A stretch of DNA of 53,615 bases from a virus. Its lineage: Duplodnaviria; Heunggongvirae; Uroviricota; Caudoviricetes. The notes beneath the pieces were generated by a model, which saw only the letters and a program-made list of their open reading frames with translations, was not told where the DNA came from and searched no databases. Made by a program: the position numbers and the translations under genes. Positions 1 through 6,358 of this stretch are shown here, one piece after another; the first letter of the stretch is position 1; each line of letters begins with the position of its first letter. The DNA is taken from IMG/VR virus record IMGVR_UViG_3300044568_003085. The stretch is one strand, 5' to 3'.

Positions 1-2
1 GC

Positions 3-56
3 ACGTACTAGTGACTTGAATATCACAGTAGCGTAACGTTGCTCCTTATTCTTCAT
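3..56 (-). CDS. 5' fragment of a leftward gene running off the window (MKNKEQRYATVIFKSLVR...)
   Basis: ATG at 56-54 lies 1 nt after the TAA of 58..516 and the frame is open to the window edge; too short for the ORF track. Confidence 0.45.
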   Translation of the reverse strand, partial: MKNKEQRYATVIFKSLVR

Positions 57-57
57 A

Positions 58-516
58 TTAGTGTGACCTATGCTTTTTAGTAGCTTTAGTAATCACAATA
101 GATTTGATATGAGGAAGATCTATTGTTCCACCACTATAATGAATATCAGATTCTATAGCTATTCGTGGTTCATTTTCAATATGATCATACAGGTAATGAA
201 ACTCTGTAGCATTATATCTTGTTTTACCTCTACCAGAGTAATGAGATTCTTTATGAAACTCAAGTTTAATGTTTACACCAAATGGTGCATCATTTTCAGT
301 TTCATTATAGAATATTTCTTTTTCAATATTCAATTTCTTAAATGTTTCACCTAATATTGTAACATTAGGATAGTCAACAGTTTTAAATTGAAATTCTGTT
401 TTGTATTCATGACCGCATCGACAGTCAACTTTTACAATTTCATCGTTGTAACTATAACTGTTGTAAGAGTGTCCTCCACATTTAGGACACGTAATGAATT
501 TTAATTTTAAAGACAT
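58..516 (-). CDS. hypothetical protein with N-terminal zinc ribbon
   Basis: 152-aa ORF with CPKCGG...CRCGH motif, closely packed with its neighbours on the minus strand. Confidence 0.75.
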   Translation of the reverse strand: MSLKLKFITCPKCGGHSYNSYSYNDEIVKVDCRCGHEYKTEFQFKTVDYPNVTILGETFKKLNIEKEIFYNETENDAPFGVNIKLEFHKESHYSGRGKTRYNATEFHYLYDHIENEPRIAIESDIHYSGGTIDLPHIKSIVITKATKKHRSH

Positions 517-719
517 GATTTAGAATTTTTAGAGTTAAATAATAAGTTAATAATTGACAACAACGCGAACAGTCCTGTTACTACGAATGCTGTCTTGTAA
601 TCCTCGAAGTTAGGATTAGATTCACACCAGCCACCAACTGGTGTAATTGCAAGGACTGTTGTCCATGAGATCATTCCAATGGCAAAGCACCAGAATGATA
701 GAGTTTCTCTGATTTTCAT
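507..719 (-). CDS. small membrane protein (two predicted TM helices)
   Basis: Hydrophobic segments FWCFAIGMISWTTVLAITPV and AFVVTGLFALLSIINLLF; overlaps the downstream gene start by 10 nt. Confidence 0.7.
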   Translation of the reverse strand: MKIRETLSFWCFAIGMISWTTVLAITPVGGWCESNPNFEDYKTAFVVTGLFALLSIINLLFNSKNSKSCL

Positions 720-780
720 AATGAAGTTATTTAAGAGATTAATAATACAAGTTAATAGACCAGCTATACTACAGATAATA

Positions 781-807
781 AATAAATCTAGGATGTACAG
801 TCCTAGA
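781..807 (-). terminator. possible intrinsic terminator or attenuator hairpin
   Basis: TCTAGGA-N7-TCCTAGA inverted repeat (787-807), followed on the minus strand by TTTATT. Confidence 0.4.
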
Positions 808-841
808 GTTTTAGTCTGTCAGGTATCAACACCAGTTGATG

Positions 842-937
842 CTACTCTTCCTTGCAGTAGTCACGGAAGTACTTGAAAGCTTCTGTCCATGACATAGCAA
901 CTATAGAGTATCCTGAGATAAAATAAATAGTACGCAT
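842..937 (-). CDS. 31-aa small protein (MRTIYFISGYSIVAMSWTEAFKYFRDYCKEE)
   Basis: Translated by hand: ATG at 937, TAG at 844-842; same orientation as neighbours; below the ORF-track cutoff. Confidence 0.55.
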   Translation of the reverse strand: MRTIYFISGYSIVAMSWTEAFKYFRDYCKEE

Positions 938-965
938 ATGATTACATAATTAGTCTGAATTCAAT

Positions 966-1015
966 GGGGGGTAGAGGGTAGATGCGCAATGCTGGGGGAG
1001 GTGTTAGGTAGGGGG
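966..1015 (+). other. G-tract cluster (potential G-quadruplex; candidate genome-end, packaging or origin region)
   Basis: G6 (966-971), G3 (976-978), G5 (994-998) and G5 (1011-1015) in a non-coding stretch of a very AT-rich genome. Confidence 0.4.
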
Positions 1016-1113
1016 TACCACCATTCTAATACACAGTATATTTGTAATACCCTCCTCAAAAAATATTTACCAAATTTTATTATACAGGCGATAATCACCG
1101 TTATCTACTGCAT

Positions 1114-1145
1114 AAATAAACCCTAGCAGAATTAACTACTAGGGT
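1114..1145 (-). terminator. intrinsic terminator for 1171..1380
   Basis: Minus strand ACCCTAGTAG-TTAATT-CTGCTAGGGT (10 bp with one G-U), followed by TTATTT. Confidence 0.7.
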
Positions 1146-1170
1146 ATATTGTGTATTACTATATAGGAGA

Positions 1171-1380
1171 TTAGTTAGAAGTCGCCAAAACCATATCGCG
1201 TTCTTCAGATATTTCACATTCATAGTGCCAACTTATATCTGTATCAAATGTAAGTTTTATAAGAGTACCCCCATCAGCAGTTGCTTGAACACCTATTACT
1301 TGTCTGCCTACTTGGTCCAAGTCTGTTCTTAAATACACGATTTGACCAAAGTCAAAATTACTAGTTACTCTTATGCTCAT
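1171..1380 (-). CDS. small conserved-looking phage protein (SH3-like beta barrel)
   Basis: 69 aa with FDFGQIVYL...WHYECEIS pattern; flanked by its own promoter element and terminator. Confidence 0.75.
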   Translation of the reverse strand: MSIRVTSNFDFGQIVYLRTDLDQVGRQVIGVQATADGGTLIKLTFDTDISWHYECEISEERDMVLATSN

Positions 1381-1404
1381 AATATTATGTTTTAAATTAT
1401 TTTA

Positions 1405-1412
1405 CAAATATA
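1405..1412 (-). promoter_or_regulatory. Bacteroidota-type -7 element (leftward)
   Basis: CAAATATA on plus reads TATATTTG on minus, 24 nt before the ATG at 1380. Confidence 0.55.
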
Positions 1413-1419
1413 TTATAAA

Positions 1420-1452
1420 TTTGTAAAAGTTAAACTTTATTTTATATATTTG
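1420..1452 (+). promoter_or_regulatory. Bacteroidota primary-sigma promoter for the rightward arm
   Basis: TTTG (1420-1423), 21-nt spacer, then TATATTTG (1445-1452), matching the -33/-7 consensus TTTG-N19-21-TAnnTTTG. Confidence 0.75.
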
Positions 1453-1477
1453 TAGTGTAATTAATAAATATACAAAT

Positions 1478-1855
1478 ATGAACACAGAAACTAAAGCACC
1501 AGAACAACCATCAAAAGAAACAATCATCTCTTGGTACACTGAACAAATTGAAATTGCAACACTGAGAAAAACTCTTTCTGAGTTGAATAAAGACATTGCA
1601 ACTTTTGATGCTCAAAGATTAAAAGCAACAATTATGATTGCTCAAATGCAAGAACCTCAAAAAGCAACTGGTAACGAAATTGAACATGAAGTTACTCAAG
1701 AAGACTTGGATGCAAATCCAGAGTTAGTTCAAAACAATGTAAAAGTTGGTGATAAGATTTTAATATCTGGAACACCTACACCAGAAGAACAAGCTTTTGA
1801 AGAACAATCTTTTGAAGAAGATCAAGTACCTGTTAGAACATTAAAAAAAGAATAA
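1478..1855 (+). CDS. hypothetical protein with coiled coil and HEVTQEDLDANPEL...VKVGDKI motif
   Basis: First gene after the promoter; the motif resembles one I recall from Bacteroidota phage proteins. Confidence 0.8.
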   Translation: MNTETKAPEQPSKETIISWYTEQIEIATLRKTLSELNKDIATFDAQRLKATIMIAQMQEPQKATGNEIEHEVTQEDLDANPELVQNNVKVGDKILISGTPTPEEQAFEEQSFEEDQVPVRTLKKE

Positions 1856-1856
1856 T

Positions 1857-2090
1857 ATGTTTGCTAAAAAACCAATTACAAGCAGCATACTTAGTGCAAA
1901 GAAAAACAGAATACTAAATGTATTTACTGTTATGCAAGATGAGTTAAAACAATTACATGATGAACAAAAAGATTATGCTGTTCACATACAATCAAAACTG
2001 AAAGAACTCTCTGATGAACTTACTGCAGTTGAAACTAGCAGAGCAGAAACTACAAAAACTATTAACAAGATTGAAACAATTTTAAAGTAA
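1857..2090 (+). CDS. hypothetical helical/coiled-coil protein
   Basis: 77 aa; tightly coupled to neighbours (1-nt gap upstream, TAATG overlap downstream). Confidence 0.75.
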   Translation: MFAKKPITSSILSAKKNRILNVFTVMQDELKQLHDEQKDYAVHIQSKLKELSDELTAVETSRAETTKTINKIETILK

Positions 2091-2290
2091 TGGAAGATTT
2101 TTTAAAAAGAATGCATGAAGAGTTAGAGCAGTTAAAAGAAAAAAAGGACAAGTTAAACACCTTTATTAATGATAATCCAAAGTTTAGTGAACTAACAAAT
2201 ATCAATAGAATTTTATTGATAAATCAGTTCAATGCAATGGAATTGTATTATTATGCTTTAGAATCTAGAATAGAATTTATTAACGATTAA
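2090..2290 (+). CDS. crAss001_48-related helical hairpin protein
   Basis: Pattern RM..E..QL....DKL..FI....F..L....R.LL..Q...M..Y...L..RI, which I recognise as this family. Confidence 0.7.
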   Translation: MEDFLKRMHEELEQLKEKKDKLNTFINDNPKFSELTNINRILLINQFNAMELYYYALESRIEFIND

Positions 2291-2300
2291 ATATAAAAAA

Positions 2301-2537
2301 ATGGAAGAAAAAGAATTAACATTTGGAGAAAAATTAGCTGGTATAACATTTAATCCTTCAGGAGATGAAAAAGTTACAAGAGTCAAAACATTGTGTGCAG
2401 AACTTGCAGATATATTATTTGATGACTATGATGAAACTGAAAGAACAGGTATAAAAACTACTTTGTTCCATCATGCAGTTGGAGAAATTATCAATGCACA
2501 AATGAATGTAGTTAAAGTATTAACACTTAAATACTAA
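2301..2537 (+). CDS. putative Acb2/Tad1-hairpin-like protein (candidate nucleotide-signal sponge)
   Basis: T(F/L)GE....FNPS....V...K...AEL.D......A...I..AQM.VVK..T pattern; family assignment from recall, not searched. Confidence 0.5.
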   Translation: MEEKELTFGEKLAGITFNPSGDEKVTRVKTLCAELADILFDDYDETERTGIKTTLFHHAVGEIINAQMNVVKVLTLKY

Positions 2538-2539
2538 CA

Positions 2540-2827
2540 ATGTCAGATTATAAAAAATTAAGAGGAAGAAGAATTTTACTTACTAAACCAGTAAAGAAAG
2601 AAAGTGCAATTCAATTATCTGCTATTACTGAAGCACAATTAGATGCAGAAGCAATGAAACAATGGACTGCACTTGAAGTGTATTCTATTGGAGAAGATGT
2701 TGAAGAAGTTGCAGTAGGAGATAAAGTTTATGTACCTACTTATGGATTACAACAAGCAGAAATTCTTGAGGTTGGTGGTGCATTAAGAATGATGATCTCT
2801 GAAGGAGATATTGCAATTGTTTGGTAA
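2540..2827 (+). CDS. groES: GroES/Cpn10-like co-chaperonin
   Basis: 95 aa; L.G.RILL, mobile-loop-like SAIQLS, EV.SIG..V..V.VGDKV, MISEGDI. Confidence 0.8.
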   Translation: MSDYKKLRGRRILLTKPVKKESAIQLSAITEAQLDAEAMKQWTALEVYSIGEDVEEVAVGDKVYVPTYGLQQAEILEVGGALRMMISEGDIAIVW

Positions 2828-2835
2828 AATAATTA

Positions 2836-3009
2836 GACCTCTACTTGTGCACGAGTATGTATCGAAGATAGGAATTACAGACCATGTTGTTGATACCAGC
2901 AAAATGGTTGGCGTGGAGGTCCTCCAAATCGTAGGTTGGCACAGTTTGTAACTCTGGGGATATTCAAAAGTTACTGATGGCTTAGTCAGTTGTGCCATAA
3001 ACAACTGAT
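2836..3009 (+). ncRNA. unassigned structured RNA upstream of the tRNA
   Basis: About 44% GC over 2881-3000 by hand count; helices 2836-2844/2913-2921, ACCAT/ATGGT hairpin, 2937-2946/2988-2997, GTAACT/AGTTAC and 2985-2993/3001-3009; no plausible plus-strand ORF. Confidence 0.5.
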
Positions 3010-3013
3010 ATAT

Positions 3014-3085
3014 TGCGTGAAAGTGTAAATGGTTGCATACAGGTCTCATAAACCTAGAGGGGTGGTTCGAATCCACGACACGCTA
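3014..3085 (+). tRNA. tRNA with CAU anticodon (Met/fMet-like; Ile2 not excluded)
   Basis: Cloverleaf: GCGTG/CACGC acceptor core, GTGT/GCAT D-stem, AGGT-CTCATAA-ACCT anticodon arm, GTGG-TTCGAAT-CCAC T-arm; several terminal mismatches; CCA not encoded. Confidence 0.85.
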
Positions 3086-3099
3086 CTAAATGTAAAGTT

Positions 3100-3291
3100 A
3101 TGTTACAATTAAATCCTATGATTCCTATTTTTAGAGTTTCAGATAATATGGAAGGATATGCTTTTTTGGTAATTGATTATTCACAAGAGCATGATTTATT
3201 ATTTACATGTGCAATGGACAATGGTGAGATTTGGACATTAAACAATAAAGAAATTAGATTTTGTAAAAATATAAGTTTAGATAGAAAATAA
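3100..3291 (+). CDS. small hypothetical phage protein
   Basis: 63 aa between tRNA and tmRNA; LQLNP.IP...G.A..VIDYS.EHDL...C..D.GEIWT pattern. Confidence 0.75.
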   Translation: MLQLNPMIPIFRVSDNMEGYAFLVIDYSQEHDLLFTCAMDNGEIWTLNNKEIRFCKNISLDRK

Positions 3292-3295
3292 TATT

Positions 3296-3654
3296 GGGGG
3301 TGACTGGTTTTGACAGGTCATTAGTAAGTAGTACAATCAGCCAGAGAGATAACTGTAAACTAAGGTGAATTTAATAAATGACAACAAAGTAATTTCGTTA
3401 GATGTTGACCAAGTTAACGCTAACATGAGCAAAGTTTTTTCATTGATTAACTCTAATGTCGAAGAGCTAGAAATAGCTGCGTAGTAAGCATTAACAAGAT
3501 TTCTTAGTTAGATTAAACTAAGTGGTGGTTTTTTCAACTTCACAGTTGACCCTAGAGTACACCTGTAGACTCTTTAAATAAGTATGGGAACAAAGCTGTA
3601 TAAATTGTATTATTGACCATGGTTTGGACAGGAGTTCGACTCTCCTCACCTCCA
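3296..3654 (+). ncRNA. ssrA: tmRNA (transfer-messenger RNA)
   Basis: 5' GGGGGTG pairs with 3' CACCTCC-A including a G3-U pair; GACTGGTTTTGAC D-loop signature; AGGAG-TTCGACT-CTCCT T-arm; tag ORF 3380-3484 after ATAAAT ending ...EIAA-TAG-TAA. Confidence 0.95.
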
Positions 3655-3663
3655 CAAATGTTT

Positions 3664-3702
3664 GTTATTATGGACAATATGTTATCTATTGTCTATAATA
3701 AC
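3664..3702. repeat. 16-bp inverted repeat immediately 3' of tmRNA
   Basis: GTTATTATGGACAATA-N7-TATTGTCTATAATAAC, one G-U pair, no U-tract. Confidence 0.8.
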
Positions 3703-3743
3703 GCACATTAATAACTAATATATTAGTTAAAAACCTAACAACA

Positions 3744-4139
3744 ATGGATGTAAAAAGAGCACAAAAAAAACTTAGATTATCATCACCAGATATAATCAAG
3801 TATCAATTACTTACAGAACTAGTGTTCTTTAAGAAAGAAAATTTAATACCTTCTGATCTAGAAATACTAACTTTACTTGTAATGTGGGGACCTATTGAGT
3901 TAGGTGCTTTTTGCATGGATGCTGCAAAAGTGTTATACCCAGAAACATTGCCTGAAGACTTATCACTTCGTTCACAAAATATTAGAAACAGAATTGTTAA
4001 ATTAGAAAAAAGAAACATAATCAGTAAATCAAATACTGGTAGAAAAACAATTTCATTAAGTTCAGATATTAACATACTATCTAATGGTAATATACTATTA
4101 GATTATAATTACTTATCAGTTGAATCCAATAAAGCGTAA
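3744..4139 (+). CDS. winged-HTH-like DNA-binding protein
   Basis: LIPSDLEILTLL...QNIRNRIVKLEKRNII pattern typical of wHTH folds. Confidence 0.6.
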   Translation: MDVKRAQKKLRLSSPDIIKYQLLTELVFFKKENLIPSDLEILTLLVMWGPIELGAFCMDAAKVLYPETLPEDLSLRSQNIRNRIVKLEKRNIISKSNTGRKTISLSSDINILSNGNILLDYNYLSVESNKA

Positions 4140-4512
4140 ATCTATAATTGAAAAAACTGCAAAAGATTTAAATATTGCAGTTAATTTGGTTGATGAAATC
4201 ACATCATTTTATTATAAATCAGTACAAAAAAAATTATCTGCAGCTACACATCATTCAGTAACAGTTCCAAATTTAGGAACATTTGTAGTTAAGAAAAAAA
4301 CATTAGAAGAAAAAATAAGAAGAAATATTTTATTTGTACAAAAAATAGAAAACGATGTTGATATAACAGTGCAAACGTATGAGTTAATTATTCAAAAAAG
4401 AAAAGATATATCTACTTTTATTGAATTAACAGAATTAATGAAAACAGAACAAGTTAGAAGACAAGAAGTTAAACTAAAAAAACAGGAATACAATGATGGC
4501 AAATCCAATTAG
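4120..4512 (+). CDS. HU/IHF-like DNA-binding protein
   Basis: IIEKTAKDLNI...VDEI helices, then V.VPNLGTFVV beta arm. Confidence 0.7.
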   Translation: MNPIKRKSIIEKTAKDLNIAVNLVDEITSFYYKSVQKKLSAATHHSVTVPNLGTFVVKKKTLEEKIRRNILFVQKIENDVDITVQTYELIIQKRKDISTFIELTELMKTEQVRRQEVKLKKQEYNDGKSN

Positions 4513-4804
4513 AATATGGAAAAATCGTGGTCTTATATTAGAAGGCGTAAAAAATAATATTTTTAAAACAGCACACGTAGAAAACATTGCATTTTTTAGA
4601 AATGAAATTTGTAATGTTTGTGAATTTGTTGATAAAGCAGGTTCTAAATGTGCAATACCTGGAACACATCCTTGTTGTTCTGAATGTGGATGCTCTTTAA
4701 AATTAAAAACAAGATCACTTTCTTCAGATTGTCCCAAAGGATTTTGGAAAGCAGAACTTACTGATGCTGAAGAAACAGCACTATTAACTCAAATAAATAA
4801 ATAG
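4493..4804 (+). CDS. Cys-rich Zn-finger protein
   Basis: CNVC...C...CCSECGC.L..K......CP.G.W. Confidence 0.8.
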   Translation: MMANPIRIWKNRGLILEGVKNNIFKTAHVENIAFFRNEICNVCEFVDKAGSKCAIPGTHPCCSECGCSLKLKTRSLSSDCPKGFWKAELTDAEETALLTQINK

Positions 4805-4806
4805 TT

Positions 4807-5649
4807 ATGGCAATTGTATTTGAAGCAGCAACACATTCTTATGTATCTATAGATCCAGAAGATAAAACTAAATGGGTATCTGTAACTACTTTGTTGAGTA
4901 ATTTAAAACAACCTTTTGATTCTGAGGCAGTTGCAACTAAATGTTCAACTAATAATAAAAAAACTAATAAATGGTATGGTATGACTGTAAAAGAAATACA
5001 AAGTGCCTGGAAAAAAGAATCAGATAGAGCATGTGCATTAGGTAATTGGTATCATGATCAACGTGAGCAAGATATTGTTGGTTGTGAAACAATTGTTAGA
5101 CATGATGAATCATTACCTGTAATAAAACCATTACTTGACGGATATGGTAAAAAACTTGCACCATTGCAAAAACTAATTAATGGTATATATCCAGAGCATA
5201 TGGTTTATTTAAAATCTGCTGGTATATGTGGTCAATCTGATTTAGTTGAAGTTGTAAATAATACAGTTCATATAACTGATTATAAAACAAATAAAAAGAT
5301 TGATAAAGAATCTTTTAAAAACTGGGAAGGTATTTCTAAAAAAATGACTGGTCCAGTTTCTCATATGGATGATTGTAATTTAAACCATTATAATCTACAA
5401 CTCAGTATTTATATGTATATTATACTGAAACACAATCCTAACTTAAAAGCAGGTAAACTAATAATTCATCATATCACATTTGAAGAAGAAGATAAAAAAG
5501 ATGAATTTGGTTATCCTATTATTAAAGTGTCTGTTGAGGGAGATCCTATTATACGTGATATTGAAATATTTGAGTTACCATATTTAAAAGTTGAAGTAAC
5601 AGATATATTACAATGGTATAAAAATAATCCTAGACTAATAAAAAAATAA
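4807..5649 (+). CDS. PD-(D/E)xK nuclease (lambda-exonuclease-like)
   Basis: SVTTLL, G...H, E..V, GQSDLV and ITDYKT motifs, plus Y.LQLS.Y. Confidence 0.85.
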   Translation: MAIVFEAATHSYVSIDPEDKTKWVSVTTLLSNLKQPFDSEAVATKCSTNNKKTNKWYGMTVKEIQSAWKKESDRACALGNWYHDQREQDIVGCETIVRHDESLPVIKPLLDGYGKKLAPLQKLINGIYPEHMVYLKSAGICGQSDLVEVVNNTVHITDYKTNKKIDKESFKNWEGISKKMTGPVSHMDDCNLNHYNLQLSIYMYIILKHNPNLKAGKLIIHHITFEEEDKKDEFGYPIIKVSVEGDPIIRDIEIFELPYLKVEVTDILQWYKNNPRLIKK

Positions 5650-5651
5650 AA

Positions 5652-6167
5652 ATGATAAGATTATTTGATATACAAAATGGTACAGTTGTACCAACAGAAC
5701 ATTGTTTTGTACTAAGAGATTTAAAAATGATTATGGAATGTTATCCAGATGATTATCAAAATGTCTTTGCATATTTGTTTTATATGACTTGTCCAAATCC
5801 AGATTTAAATCCATATTTTGATACATTAGAACATGAAAAAGAAGAACTTATACTTTCGCAGCTTAATGTCAATTTTAGTACTGAAGATGATACTATCTTA
5901 TTGGCTGTCGCCTTATGTAAAAAACTTTATGAAACTCCTACACTACGTGCGTACATGGGTATTAAAAGCATGGTTGATAGGTTGGGCATGTATATGGAAA
6001 CTACTCCTATTGAACATGGTAGAGATGGAAATATCAATTCTGTGGTTAATGTGGCGGCAAAGTTTGAACAAATTAGAATGTCGTTTAAAGGTGCGTACAA
6101 GGACCTTATGGAAGAACAAAAATCGCAGGTAAGAGGTGGACAACAAGTTGCTTACGATCAAATGTAA
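5652..6167 (+). CDS. conserved helical protein upstream of terminase (possible small terminase or packaging accessory)
   Basis: 171 aa; position just upstream of TerL; function inferred from synteny only. Confidence 0.6.
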   Translation: MIRLFDIQNGTVVPTEHCFVLRDLKMIMECYPDDYQNVFAYLFYMTCPNPDLNPYFDTLEHEKEELILSQLNVNFSTEDDTILLAVALCKKLYETPTLRAYMGIKSMVDRLGMYMETTPIEHGRDGNINSVVNVAAKFEQIRMSFKGAYKDLMEEQKSQVRGGQQVAYDQM

Positions 6168-6172
6168 ATATT

Positions 6173-6358
6173 ATGAAACTAGATAGATTATATAATTGGT
6201 TATTTCATTACAACTCTCATACAGAAAAATGGACTGCATTTCATAGAGATGACCATTCTGCATATTGGAATAAAACAGAAAAAACACATCCTACATTTGT
6301 TGCTAAAGAATTTAGTGAACTAATTAAAATATTACATACCTCAAATTTATGTATATAA
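6173..6358 (+). CDS. small hypothetical protein
   Basis: 61 aa; LYNWLFHYN....W.AF.R...YWN; overlaps the TerL start. Confidence 0.65.
   Translation: MKLDRLYNWLFHYNSHTEKWTAFHRDDHSAYWNKTEKTHPTFVAKEFSELIKILHTSNLCI

Noticed and set aside
679-876. Plus-strand ORF-track ORFs 70..354 and 679..876, and minus ORF 1402..1596
   Set aside because: They are antisense shadows of better genes or overlap promoter regions, and their composition is not protein-like.
1088-1105. Lambda-operator-like GGCGATAATCACCG sequence
   Set aside because: It is a short chance resemblance with no repressor or integrase in the window; only the GATAA/TTATC palindrome is noted.
2930-2985. Resemblance to c-di-GMP-I riboswitch or hammerhead (GCACAG..., GTTACTGATGG)
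   Set aside because: The essential GGCAAA/GCAAA or CUGANGA...GAAA cores are absent, so it was kept only as an unassigned RNA.
2783-3076. 97-aa minus-strand ORF over the ncRNA/tRNA
   Set aside because: It is antisense to a tRNA and structured RNA, and the open frame is explained by locally higher GC.
3086-3100. Theta (HDV-like) ribozyme 3' of the tRNA
   Set aside because: Only 14 nt separate the tRNA from the next ATG, and no P1/P3/L3 pattern is present.
4807-5649. Cas4 / CRISPR-related nuclease
   Set aside because: It lacks the C-terminal Cys cluster for the Fe-S centre, and I saw no CRISPR repeat-spacer array anywhere in the window.
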